Positions 23,598 to 33,134 of a DNA stretch of 34,910 nt are shown in pieces. Under the pieces are notes generated by a model, which worked only from the letters and a program-made list of their open reading frames with translations, was not told the DNA's origin and made no database searches. The number at the start of each line of letters is the position of its first letter. The stretch's first letter is position 1. Made by a program: the position numbers and the translations under genes. Source of the DNA: a virus (lineage: Duplodnaviria; Caudoviricetes); IMG/VR virus record IMGVR_UViG_3300025530_000031, positions 1 to 34,910 of that record; one strand, written 5' to 3'.

Positions 23598-25509
23598 GAT
23601 CTTTAAGCTTTTTGGAACAATAGGTGTCGATACATCTAACGCAGAAAAAGGTATAGATAGTACTGTTGGTAAAGCCAAAGACGCAGGTAGCAAAATTACA
23701 GGTTTTTTCAAAAAAGCCGCTATTGCAATAGGAACTTATTTTGCAGTTGATAAATTAGTTAATTTTGGTAAAGCATCTATCGAAGCTGCGGCAAGCGCGA
23801 AGGCTATACAAGCACAATTTGACCAAGTATTTGGTAATGTTGGCGATCAAGCTCAAGATACAATTGATGGAATGGCAAAAGAGTTTGGTATGTTGCCGAA
23901 CAGAATTAAACCATCATTTACCAGTGCTACATCTATGTTTAAAGGCTTAGGATTAAGCACAGAAGAAGCCATGACACAAGCTAAGACAGCAGTAACAATG
24001 GCAGCAGATGCAGCCGCCTTTTATGACATGAGTTATGAAAATGCTAATAGTGCTTTAAATTCGTTCATAAAAGGTAACTATGAAGGCGGTGAAGCCATCG
24101 GACTATTTGCAAATGAAACGCAAATGGCTTCTTGGGCGGCTAAAAATCTAGGCTTAGACTGGAATAACTTAGATGAAGCCGGCAAACAAGTAGCGCGTCT
24201 ACAATTTGCCCAAGCGATGCAAGAAGCCGCAGGAGCAACCGGACAAGCGAGTCGAGAATCTGATGGTTATGAAAATCAGTTAGGTAACTTAAAACAAGCC
24301 TGGACAGATTTTAAGGCAGTTGTAGGGGAACCTATTTTAGGTACTGCAGTTGCAGGCCTTCAAAATGTCACAGGTTGGCTACAAACAGCCGGACAAAAAG
24401 TGCAAGATTTTCAAGGATGGCTGGGGAATCTAAAAGATGACATTACGAGTTCCACAGCCTTTACTTCATTGCGTGATGTTTTTCAAGAAATCTCTGATAA
24501 GGTTCAAGGCTTTTTTGACAAGGTTAGTGAGAGTGGTGTTTTTGATACCTTCGTACAAAAGATGGGAGAATTGAAAGATGACGTTCTAGCCATTGACTTT
24601 AACAAATTAGCAACAGATGCATCAAACTTTTTAAACGCGATTCTACCACTTGTAGCTGGAATTACAGGTGCTGCCGCGGCATTTGGCATATATACTTTAG
24701 CTTTACACGCTAAAAGTGCAGCTGAAACCATAGCAATTGTTAGTATGTATGCAATGGATGCAGCAGGGAAAGTACTAGGAGCAACAATGGCTTTTTTAAC
24801 TAGTCCAATTGGAATAGTAGTTGTTGCTATTGGTGCACTGATTGCAATAGGTGTCTTGTTATGGCAAAACTGGGACACTATTAAGGCAAAAGCTGGAGAA
24901 TTGAAAGATAATGTTGTAAATAAAATAACTGAATTGAAAAATGGATTTGTAAATAAAGTAAACGAACTCAAAGACGGGGCAGTAAATAAATTTAACGAGT
25001 TACGTGATAAAGCAGGGCAAGTGATGGAAAAAGCTAAAGAAAAAATCTTATCACCAATTCAAAAAGCTCGAGATAAAATTGGCGAAATTGTTGATAATAT
25101 TAAAGGTTTTTTTTCGGGTTTGAAATTGAAGTTGCCAAAAATAGAAATGCCAAAACTACCTCATTTTAGTTTGAAAGGTGAATTTAGCCTAAAGCCACCA
25201 TCTGTACCAAAATTAAGCGTAGACTGGTATGCGGATGGCGGTATTATGACAACTCCAACTCTATTTGGTTTCAATGGCAGAAATGCAATGGTTGGCGGTG
25301 AAGCTGGACCTGAGGCCATTTTACCTTTAAATGATGAGACGTTAGGTGCGATTGGTAGAGGTATAGCTGCAACAATGAATTCGAACCAATCGAATAGACC
25401 AATTGTACTGATGTTAAATGATAAAGTATTAGGGCAGGTCATTGGTGATGTTTCTGACCAAGAAGGTGGAGTAAAAATTAGAAGGATTGACAGGGGGCTT
25501 GCTACGTGA
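23590..25509 (+). CDS. Tape measure protein
   Basis: EIFKLFGTI N-terminus, Ala/Gly-rich helices, 11-aa repeats (ELKDNVVNK-like), WYADGGI and GEAGPEAILPL. Confidence 0.93.
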   Translation: MNEIFKLFGTIGVDTSNAEKGIDSTVGKAKDAGSKITGFFKKAAIAIGTYFAVDKLVNFGKASIEAAASAKAIQAQFDQVFGNVGDQAQDTIDGMAKEFGMLPNRIKPSFTSATSMFKGLGLSTEEAMTQAKTAVTMAADAAAFYDMSYENANSALNSFIKGNYEGGEAIGLFANETQMASWAAKNLGLDWNNLDEAGKQVARLQFAQAMQEAAGATGQASRESDGYENQLGNLKQAWTDFKAVVGEPILGTAVAGLQNVTGWLQTAGQKVQDFQGWLGNLKDDITSSTAFTSLRDVFQEISDKVQGFFDKVSESGVFDTFVQKMGELKDDVLAIDFNKLATDASNFLNAILPLVAGITGAAAAFGIYTLALHAKSAAETIAIVSMYAMDAAGKVLGATMAFLTSPIGIVVVAIGALIAIGVLLWQNWDTIKAKAGELKDNVVNKITELKNGFVNKVNELKDGAVNKFNELRDKAGQVMEKAKEKILSPIQKARDKIGEIVDNIKGFFSGLKLKLPKIEMPKLPHFSLKGEFSLKPPSVPKLSVDWYADGGIMTTPTLFGFNGRNAMVGGEAGPEAILPLNDETLGAIGRGIAATMNSNQSNRPIVLMLNDKVLGQVIGDVSDQEGGVKIRRIDRGLAT

Positions 25510-26213
25510 TGTATGGTATTAAATATTTAGGCAAGCATTCCTATAGTGATTTAGGTATAACAATGGCTCCGGGACGTGAAATTGGAATCCCAAACAAGAA
25601 GAAAATTCTTGTCAGTATACCATTTTCTAATGAAGAGTTCGATTTTAGTGAAATTTATGGGTCACAGACATATGAGCCAAGAACATTAAAATATCCTTTT
25701 AATATTCAAGATGCGACAAAAGAGCGAATGATTACCAAGAAAACAAAAATACTCAATTGGCTCATGAATAGTCATGGAAAGCAACCATTATATGATGATG
25801 CATATCCAGGCTATTATTTTTTAGCCGAAATTGAAGGAAGTACATCGTTTTCTGAGAACTGGGCAGATGGAATATTGACGGTAACATTTAAGGCTTATCC
25901 GTTTATGATAGCTGAATTACCAGAAGGGAACGATATCTGGGATAGTTTTAATTTTGAGTTAGACGTTGCGCAAATAGTTGATTTTGAAGTCAGTGGTAAT
26001 ATAGAAGTTACACTAATAAACGCTGGGGTACCTGATGTGATTCCAGAAATAACTTGTTCCAGTCAAATGACAATTATAAAAGATGGTATATCCTACACAA
26101 TTGTACCCGGAATAACAAAAGATGAAGACTTTATGCTAAGAAGTGGAGAAAATGCAATAAAAATAATCGGCAATGGTACAATCTCCTTTAAATTTTTTAA
26201 GGAGTTGATCTAG
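25506..26213 (+). CDS. Distal tail protein (Dit)
   Basis: GKHSYSDLG, YEPRTL, TFKAYPF; directly after the tape measure gene. Confidence 0.82.
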   Translation: MMYGIKYLGKHSYSDLGITMAPGREIGIPNKKKILVSIPFSNEEFDFSEIYGSQTYEPRTLKYPFNIQDATKERMITKKTKILNWLMNSHGKQPLYDDAYPGYYFLAEIEGSTSFSENWADGILTVTFKAYPFMIAELPEGNDIWDSFNFELDVAQIVDFEVSGNIEVTLINAGVPDVIPEITCSSQMTIIKDGISYTIVPGITKDEDFMLRSGENAIKIIGNGTISFKFFKELI

Positions 26214-26214
26214 T

Positions 26215-27696
26215 TTGTACAAAGTAACAATTATAAATGACGGAGTTGAAACAGTCGTCCACAGCCCTTATGTAAATGATTTAAAACTATCATCTGGAAC
26301 CATTAAAAGGGAAATTAATAAAATAGATTCATTTAATTTTTCTTTTTACCTTAACAACCCTGCATACGGAAAGATTAAACCATTAAAGACACTGATTAAT
26401 GTCCTTAATTTAAAGACAGGTAAATATGACTTTGAAGGTCGTGTTTTAGGTCCATCTAAAAATATGGATTCGAGTGGCTTATTTGACGAATCTTATGAGT
26501 GTGAGGGAGAACTTGGTTACTTGCATGATTCCCAACAAAAACACCGAGAATTTAGAGGTAGTCCGTTAGAATTATTAACTGACATTCTAAACTATCATAA
26601 TAGCCAGGTTGAAGATTATAAGAAGTTTTATGTTGGTAATGTTACGGTTGAGGACCCAAACGATTATATTTATGTTTATACGTCAGCTGAACAGGACACA
26701 TATGAAACAATCAAAGATAAACTTTTAGATCGATTAGGTGGCGAACTCCAAATTCGTAAGGAAAACGGGGTTCGCTTTTTAGATTATCTAGTTGAAGTAG
26801 GTGAACAAAAAGATACTGAAATTAGACTTGCTAAAAATTTAATTAGTATGAGTGTGGACGTTGATCCGACTGAGATTGTAACAAGGTTAACGCCATTGGG
26901 TACACGAATTCAATCAGAAGACGAAACTGCAACAGGCGCTTCAGAAGCTAGATTGACGATTGAAACAGTGAATAATGGCATTCCTTATATTGATAGGGAA
27001 GATTTAATTGCTGAGTTTGGAATTCAAGGCGGTTCCGTTACTTGGGATGATGTAACGGATCCAAACAATTTGTTAAGTAAAGGACGAACATATTTATCAA
27101 GTCAAAAAACATCACTAAACCAATATAAAATAGCAGCATTAGATTTATTTTTAATTGGCTTAGACATTGACTATTTAGATGTCGGTAACTCTTATCCTGT
27201 GATAAACCCGGTTATGGGGATTGATGAAAGGTTACGGATTATTGGTAAGTCCATTAATATTAACGAGCCACAGAACAGTGATTTAACTATCGGTGATAAG
27301 TTTAAAACGCTGTCCGAATACCAATCGGATGCCAATAAATCAGTAAAGCAAGTGGTTGACCTACAAAATACCGTTAGCCGTCAATCCCAAACCATTGCTG
27401 CTTTAAAAACCGAATTAACAGCCGTTGATAACGCTGTACAAGAAGTGCAACAGGCTTTAACTGAAAACGATATACCTGCACTGGAACAAGCTGTTATAGA
27501 CTTGCAAACAGCGATTACAAACCTAAATGATGCTATTGACGAAATACCAGACTATGGTCCAGTTACAACCACAACTGATGGACTCATGACAGCGACTGAT
27601 AAAGTGAAATTAAACAAAATTACAGTCGTAAATGAGGTCGATTTGGATGATTTAGTTGCGAGGATTGAAGCACTAGAAGGTGTGAACAATGCCTAA
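26215..27696 (+). CDS. Tal-like baseplate hub / minor tail protein
   Basis: FEGRVL, CEGELGYLHDS, TRLTPLG, C-terminal coiled coil; position. Confidence 0.8.
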   Translation: MYKVTIINDGVETVVHSPYVNDLKLSSGTIKREINKIDSFNFSFYLNNPAYGKIKPLKTLINVLNLKTGKYDFEGRVLGPSKNMDSSGLFDESYECEGELGYLHDSQQKHREFRGSPLELLTDILNYHNSQVEDYKKFYVGNVTVEDPNDYIYVYTSAEQDTYETIKDKLLDRLGGELQIRKENGVRFLDYLVEVGEQKDTEIRLAKNLISMSVDVDPTEIVTRLTPLGTRIQSEDETATGASEARLTIETVNNGIPYIDREDLIAEFGIQGGSVTWDDVTDPNNLLSKGRTYLSSQKTSLNQYKIAALDLFLIGLDIDYLDVGNSYPVINPVMGIDERLRIIGKSININEPQNSDLTIGDKFKTLSEYQSDANKSVKQVVDLQNTVSRQSQTIAALKTELTAVDNAVQEVQQALTENDIPALEQAVIDLQTAITNLNDAIDEIPDYGPVTTTTDGLMTATDKVKLNKITVVNEVDLDDLVARIEALEGVNNA

Positions 27697-27802
27697 AATA
27701 AGCGAATTGGCACAGAAAATCAAAGAATTAAGTGAACAATTAGTCATCAAAGTAAGTCAAAACAAGGAGGTCATAAAAGATGGCAATACCGGAAAACATT
27801 GA
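27689..27802 (+). CDS. 37-aa small ORF (not in the ORF track)
   Basis: AGAAGGTG RBS; overlaps both neighbours; MPKISELAQKIKELSEQ... Confidence 0.4.
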   Translation: MPKISELAQKIKELSEQLVIKVSQNKEVIKDGNTGKH

Positions 27803-29780
27803 ACAACTGGCAAATGATATAAGGACTAAAATATATGGAAGAGAAGTACGTGAAGCGTTGGCAAGTGGAATTGAAGCTGCAGGAAGTATAGCAAATGATG
27901 CGGACGTAAGAAGTAAAGAGACTGAAACAAAACAAAAAAGCCTAGAGAAAAAATATGATGAGCAGATTGCAAACATGTCACTCGAAAATCCGAGTGTAGC
28001 TGAGGTAGTAGATGCTAGAGTGTCCGGCTACGATGGACAAAACTTTGATACTATCGGTAAACGGATGGATAAAGTTGATGCACAGTTGGCAAGAACAAGT
28101 AATGAAATAGTAGAAGCCCGTGGCGGAGAGACAGTTTTAAAAAATAGATTAGATAAAGTAGACCAAAAATACCAAGATGTTACCACGCAGTTGGCTGAAA
28201 CCTCGAAGAAACTAAAAGATAAAATCAGTATATTAGAGTATGAAGAATTAAAAATTGTAACAGCGACTGGTTATGACTATTCTCCTTGTTTTCAAGCTGC
28301 TGTTGATAATGTTGAAGAATTTGGAACAGTACTACTTCCTAAAGGTGAGTTTGAATGTCGTTCAAACATTACAATAAATAAAACCATAACAATTCAAGGT
28401 ATGGGGCGTGATGATACAACGTGCTTGGTGTATTCAACAACTGGAACTGGTTTCATCAATTTCCTAGCTCAAAAATGCAAATTGTATGATGTTGGTTTCT
28501 ATTATCCAGAACAAGTCCGCACAAATGCAGAGTTAACAGCTAATAATGGAAGTCCAAAAGCCTACCCTCCAACATTATACGGCAATGGATATTATGCAAT
28601 CATTGAACGTGTCAACTTAGGTAATGCATATATTGGTATGGATTTCGGTGTAGAAGATGGTTTAGGTACTGTTTTGCATAGCGCAAGTTCTATCACATTA
28701 AAAGATATTATCGGTACACCATTATACAGAGGGTTAAAATTGGATGCATGTCGGGATGTTCCTAAGATTACAGACATCCATTTTAATCGCAATATTTACG
28801 CTGGAACATCAAAAGAATTTGAATCGAATGTGTATGGATGGATTAAAAATTACGCTTATGCTTTTTGGTTTGGTAGAGTTGATTTCGGGACTATTCTAAG
28901 AGCGTTTGCATATGGTTACAATCGTGGCGTAGTTATGCAATCATTAGTATCTACCGGCTCATCAGATAGACTATACTTTGAGTCTTGCCAGTTTGATAAA
29001 TGTGTCTATCCATTGTGGTTACAAAATTTCCAAGCAACAGTGTATTTTGATAAATGTACATTTGTTGGTGATGGCACTGGATATATTAACATCTATAATA
29101 CTGGAACAGAAAAAGATTTAGTCGTATTTTCCGAATGTTTATTTGATAGTTATGATAATCAAGCAATCCTTACGAAAGCTAATACGAATTTTAATAATTG
29201 TTCATTCACTAATTGGGGGAAAGCTGGTGGAGTTTATGATGCAATCAGGAACCCTGAAATTGGAAAAACTGTGATAATCGACAGTTGTATGTTCGATGGT
29301 TCGGGTGGAGCTAATTGTCGAGGGTTTTTTAATGATGATGTTGACAACTTTTTTATTGTCAAAAACTCTACATTTAAAAACATGATAAATCAAGGAGCTT
29401 ATCGGGTTACGACTGGAAAAGTGATTGACGAAAATAACAAATTTGAAAACGTAGTTAATGCCAGAAACCAAATCTCATTCATTACGGAGGCTCATGTTTA
29501 CAAGGGAGACAAAGCCCCGACAACTGGAACATATAAAAGAGGAGACATTGTGTTAAACAATGCACCAACGGCAGGCAATGTTTTTGGATGGGAATGTATT
29601 GCAGGTGGTTCTCCAGGAATGTGGGTACCTTTAGGACAAGTTGGTAATAAAACCACTGGTTCTAGTCCGATAGGTTCAGTGACGCCTTTTTTCGTTGGCG
29701 AGGAAATTTTAGATACTACGAATAAAATATGGTATAAAGCTACAGGACTTACTTCTTCTGATTGGGTAGCGTTGAATTAA
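27780..29780 (+). CDS. Receptor-binding tailspike with pectate-lyase-like beta-helix (putative polysaccharide depolymerase)
   Basis: Anchor IRTKIYGREVREALA and EVVDAR; beta-helix cap DYSPCFQAAVD...VLLPKGEF...ITIQGMG; Cys/Asn-ladder strands (FESCQFD, FDKCTF, FNNCSF, IDSCMF). Confidence 0.82.
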   Translation: MAIPENIEQLANDIRTKIYGREVREALASGIEAAGSIANDADVRSKETETKQKSLEKKYDEQIANMSLENPSVAEVVDARVSGYDGQNFDTIGKRMDKVDAQLARTSNEIVEARGGETVLKNRLDKVDQKYQDVTTQLAETSKKLKDKISILEYEELKIVTATGYDYSPCFQAAVDNVEEFGTVLLPKGEFECRSNITINKTITIQGMGRDDTTCLVYSTTGTGFINFLAQKCKLYDVGFYYPEQVRTNAELTANNGSPKAYPPTLYGNGYYAIIERVNLGNAYIGMDFGVEDGLGTVLHSASSITLKDIIGTPLYRGLKLDACRDVPKITDIHFNRNIYAGTSKEFESNVYGWIKNYAYAFWFGRVDFGTILRAFAYGYNRGVVMQSLVSTGSSDRLYFESCQFDKCVYPLWLQNFQATVYFDKCTFVGDGTGYINIYNTGTEKDLVVFSECLFDSYDNQAILTKANTNFNNCSFTNWGKAGGVYDAIRNPEIGKTVIIDSCMFDGSGGANCRGFFNDDVDNFFIVKNSTFKNMINQGAYRVTTGKVIDENNKFENVVNARNQISFITEAHVYKGDKAPTTGTYKRGDIVLNNAPTAGNVFGWECIAGGSPGMWVPLGQVGNKTTGSSPIGSVTPFFVGEEILDTTNKIWYKATGLTSSDWVALN

Positions 29781-29800
29781 TAAATAAATAAAATTCCCAA

Positions 29801-29829
29801 TTGTTATATTACAATTCTTTCTATATACT
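29801..29829 (+). promoter_or_regulatory. Sigma-A promoter of the wzy-like moron
   Basis: TTGTTA-17 nt-TATACT with an AT-rich upstream element. Confidence 0.65.
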
Positions 29830-29866
29830 AAATACTAAAGTAATTTAAAATAACGAGGTGGGAATT

Positions 29867-31222
29867 TTGTCGTTTGATTTTACACAGTTATTATTTTTTG
29901 TTTTGTGGTCTTTTGTAGTTTTGGGGTTTATTTTATGGTTTGTCAACCTGTATTTAAAAAGGAAATTAGTTACAGTTCTTTCGACAACTGTACTAATGAA
30001 AATCTTTATCCCATTAATATTAATGTACCCCTTTGCTTTTTCAAAAAAAAATATAATGTCAACAGGGACAACGGGTTATAGGATGTACATCAATGAGGTT
30101 AATAATGTTTTTATTATTTCTCTGATAGGTATTGCATTTTTTGCAATAGGTTCTTATGTTGCTACGAAGATAAAAACAAAACATCCTATAATGAATAATT
30201 TTTCAAAAGCATATTATTCATTATTAAACACTAAAACACTGTTTATGTTCTTAATTTGTTTGGTGGCGATATTTTTATACATGTTTAAAATCGGCTTTTC
30301 TGATAGCTTTTTTTTCGGCGGAAGAAGTTTCGCAATGGAGAATACAACAGTAAGGCCAATTTCTAATTTCTTTTATACAGCAGGAACCGTTTTTCTAATG
30401 TTAACTTTAACTAAATATTATCAACAAAAGACAAAAATACTACTGTTTTTTGTATTGATAGCTTTGTTTATGGCTTTAACACAAGGGACTCGTGGGGCAG
30501 TACTTAATTCAATATTAATGTTTGTTTTTATGTATTATAATATTAATGGAAAAACTCGAAAAGGGAACTTCCTAAAATTTTCTTTTACAGGGATACTACT
30601 TTTAGTCATAGCTATGTATCTAGGAGAAGTTAGACAAGGTGTATATAACTTCATTACTGCGATGGTTAATTCATCTGATAAAATTATATATGGTAATAAC
30701 TTTTCTGATTTGAGGGATTTTGCTTGGGTTAAATCATACTGGGATGAGAACTTTTTATATGGAAAAACAATTATATCAGGACTACTAGCTTTTATTCCAA
30801 GTTCTATTTTAACTTTAAGATCCAAGTGGGGTTTAGGTATTTTCACTGTCACAACAATAGGGTATGACACAAGTGTTCACCCTGGACTAAGACCTGGTAT
30901 ATTCGGTGAAGCGTTCTTTAATTTTGGGATTTTAGGCGTTTGCGTAGCTGGTTTTATGTATGGATTCGTTATAAATATGATTAGTCGATATGTACAGGAA
31001 ATTATAAACACATCGACATCGAAAAAAGAAATAATATACAAAACATCTTTAGGTTATCTGATTTCTGGATTAATATTTAATTTTATGATAACAGCAGGTT
31101 TCTTTACTGTTTATGTTAACTTGTTAATACTATTTATTGGTTTTGTATTATATGCATTTAGGAAAAAATATAATTATAATAGAATTAAAAAACCTAGAAA
31201 AAGGTATAGAATTACATGGTAA
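29867..31222 (+). CDS. Wzy-like polysaccharide repeat-unit (O-antigen-type) polymerase, moron
   Basis: About 10-12 TM helices; GTRG motif, large extracytoplasmic loop, LAFIPS, IFGEAFFNFGILGV; AT-rich; GAGGTG RBS before TTG at 29867. Confidence 0.75.
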   Translation: MSFDFTQLLFFVLWSFVVLGFILWFVNLYLKRKLVTVLSTTVLMKIFIPLILMYPFAFSKKNIMSTGTTGYRMYINEVNNVFIISLIGIAFFAIGSYVATKIKTKHPIMNNFSKAYYSLLNTKTLFMFLICLVAIFLYMFKIGFSDSFFFGGRSFAMENTTVRPISNFFYTAGTVFLMLTLTKYYQQKTKILLFFVLIALFMALTQGTRGAVLNSILMFVFMYYNINGKTRKGNFLKFSFTGILLLVIAMYLGEVRQGVYNFITAMVNSSDKIIYGNNFSDLRDFAWVKSYWDENFLYGKTIISGLLAFIPSSILTLRSKWGLGIFTVTTIGYDTSVHPGLRPGIFGEAFFNFGILGVCVAGFMYGFVINMISRYVQEIINTSTSKKEIIYKTSLGYLISGLIFNFMITAGFFTVYVNLLILFIGFVLYAFRKKYNYNRIKKPRKRYRITW

Positions 31223-31266
31223 TTAAAACAGCGTTGGAAGAAATTGCGCGGTAAGTGGGGACATCG

Positions 31267-31299
31267 AAAGTGTCTGTATTGAGTGGACACTTTTCTTTT
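31267..31299 (+). terminator. Terminator after the wzy-like gene
   Basis: AAAGTGTCT-GTATTGAGT-GGACACTTT followed by TCTTTT. Confidence 0.65.
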
Positions 31300-31307
31300 G
31301 TGTAAAA

Positions 31308-31336
31308 AAAGGAGTTTTGCCCCTTTTTGTCGAATT
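31308..31336 (+). promoter_or_regulatory. Sigma-H-like promoter
   Basis: AAAGGAGTT...GTCGAATT (AGGA-18-GAAT). Confidence 0.55.
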
Positions 31337-31361
31337 GTGTTTGTAAAAGGGGGTGAAATGA

Positions 31362-31646
31362 TTGAGTAAAATAGAACAGTTAATTAAAGATGGTCATGAG
31401 GTTGTTGAAAGAAATAAACATGAAGCTCTATATAGTGGTCATTATGTTTCCGGTGTAGAATATGAAGAATGGATTGCCAAGGTTGTTTTATTCATGGAAG
31501 ATAACAAGGATAAAATCCCGGAATTTCTATACGAACGAGTAATTGAAGCTGCTAAATCAGCTGTAGGGAATGGAACTGAACATTTTGACAGAATTATTGG
31601 TGTGTTAAAGAGTTTATCTGAAAGAGAAGAGTTTCAAGAAGTTTAA
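31362..31646 (+). CDS. Hypothetical 94-aa moron protein
   Basis: AAGGGGGTG RBS; own promoter and terminator. Confidence 0.75.
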   Translation: MSKIEQLIKDGHEVVERNKHEALYSGHYVSGVEYEEWIAKVVLFMEDNKDKIPEFLYERVIEAAKSAVGNGTEHFDRIIGVLKSLSEREEFQEV

Positions 31647-31650
31647 AACC

Positions 31651-31678
31651 AAGCATCCTTCGGGGTGCTTTTTCTTTT
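31651..31678 (+). terminator. Intrinsic terminator
   Basis: AAGCATCC-TTCG-GGGTGCTT followed by T-run. Confidence 0.85.
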
Positions 31679-31758
31679 GGGTGGTGATGCCCGTTCAAAT
31701 ACTAATTTTTAAACACCGAAACGGTGTTTTTTATTTTGCCTACAAAAGGAGGATCAAA

Positions 31759-32157
31759 ATGGAACAAGCATTTAAAGTTATAGCGACCGCCCTCGGCGGT
31801 TTAGTTGGTTACTTATGGGGAGGGTGGTCAACTCTAATGGGTATTTTACTTGCATTTGTATTTATTGATTATGCGACTGGGTTATTTGCATCGGCTCTCG
31901 AAGGAAGGCTATCTAGCAAAGTAGGTTTTAAAGGGATTTTTAAAAAGGTCATGATTTTTGCGATTGTTGCAGTTGCACACTTGATTGACGAAGCATTAGG
32001 TGGTCAAAACGATATTTTCCGTGATGCAACGATCTTTTTTTACTTAGCAAATGAACTGTTATCCATCTTAGAAAATGCTGGACGAGCTGGGTTACCCATA
32101 CCAGATAAATTACAAAATGCAGTTGATGTATTAAAAAACGATAAAAAAGGGGCATAA
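31759..32157 (+). CDS. Holin (Phage_holin_4_1/TcdE-like)
   Basis: DYATG, SSKVGFKGIFKK, NELLSILENAGRAGLPIP; AGGAGG RBS. Confidence 0.92.
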   Translation: MEQAFKVIATALGGLVGYLWGGWSTLMGILLAFVFIDYATGLFASALEGRLSSKVGFKGIFKKVMIFAIVAVAHLIDEALGGQNDIFRDATIFFYLANELLSILENAGRAGLPIPDKLQNAVDVLKNDKKGA

Positions 32158-32182
32158 AGCTGACTTAATTAAGTCGGCTTTT
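32156..32182 (+). terminator. Hairpin between holin and endolysin
   Basis: AAAGCTGACTT-AATT-AAGTCGGCTTT. Confidence 0.55.
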
Positions 32183-32210
32183 AATTTTATAAAAAAGGAG
32201 AGGATAAATA

Positions 32211-33107
32211 ATGGTTAAAATTTTTATTGATCCGGGACACGGTGGTTCGGACCCCGGTGCAGTTGGTAATGGCATCAGTGAAAAAAATGTGACTTTACAA
32301 ATTGCAAATCAAATTCAGCAAATTTTATTGAATGAATACCAAAATGTTTCTGTAAGAATGAGTAGAACGACGGACCAAACCGTTAGCTTAAATGCAAGGA
32401 CATCTGCCGCAAACAGCTGGGGAGCTGATTTTTATTTGTCCGTTCATATAAATTCCGGTGGCGGAACCGGTTTTGAAAGTTATGTATATCCGAATGTAAA
32501 TGCATTAACAAAAAGTTATCAGAAAGCCATCCATGAAGAAGTGGTTAAACAAATAGATTATCGTGACCGGGGACAAAAGCAGGCAAATTTTCACGTGTTA
32601 AGAGAATCAAATATGCCGGCACTTCTAACTGAAAATGGTTTTATCGACAATGTAACGGATGCAAATAAATTGAAGGATCCTGCATATATTAATCGGATTG
32701 CACGGGGACATGTGAACGGCTTAGCGAGGGCGTTTGGGCTTAAATCAAAAGCAGTACCACAACCGGCGCCACAAACGGGAGACATTTATATTGTTCAGCC
32801 TGGCGATACGCTTTGGGGGATTGCCAAAAAGTATGGTATGACCGTCGCCGAATTAAAATCCCTAAACGGGTTGACTAGTGACATAATCCATCCTGGTGAC
32901 GTTTTAAAAGTCAAAAAGTCGACCGGAACAACAGATTTTAAGGTTGGCCAAAAGGTAAAAGTTAAATCAAGTGCAACGCATTATGCGACTGGGCAATCCA
33001 TCCCATCTTGGGTAAAAGGTAATATGTATACTATCCAGCAAGTTAAGCCTGATAGGGTATTACTTAAGGAGATTGTTTCGTGGGTGTATAAAAGTGACGT
33101 GGATTAA
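32211..33107 (+). CDS. Endolysin: N-acetylmuramoyl-L-alanine amidase (Amidase_3) with LysM and SH3-like cell-wall-binding domains
   Basis: IDPGHGG, SVHIN, LTENGFID; LysM YIVQPGDTLWGIA; C-terminal KVGQKVKV...SWV. Confidence 0.95.
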   Translation: MVKIFIDPGHGGSDPGAVGNGISEKNVTLQIANQIQQILLNEYQNVSVRMSRTTDQTVSLNARTSAANSWGADFYLSVHINSGGGTGFESYVYPNVNALTKSYQKAIHEEVVKQIDYRDRGQKQANFHVLRESNMPALLTENGFIDNVTDANKLKDPAYINRIARGHVNGLARAFGLKSKAVPQPAPQTGDIYIVQPGDTLWGIAKKYGMTVAELKSLNGLTSDIIHPGDVLKVKKSTGTTDFKVGQKVKVKSSATHYATGQSIPSWVKGNMYTIQQVKPDRVLLKEIVSWVYKSDVD

Positions 33108-33134
33108 AAAAAAGGGGGGAGCGAATCCCCTCTT
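33107..33134 (-). terminator. Terminator between the convergent lysin and accessory genes
   Basis: AAGGGGGGA-GCGAA-TCCCCTCTT; the A-run gives a U-tract on the minus strand. Confidence 0.65.

Noticed and set aside
24890-25030. 33-bp periodic repeats as a separate DNA element
   Set aside because: They encode the ordinary 11-residue periodicity of tape measure proteins
27780-31254. Diversity-generating retroelement or invertase shufflon acting on the tailspike
   Set aside because: No reverse transcriptase, template/variable repeat pair, invertase or inverted alternative C-termini in the window
14461-32785. Many short minus-strand ORFs across the structural and lysis genes
   Set aside because: Shadow frames of well-supported plus-strand genes
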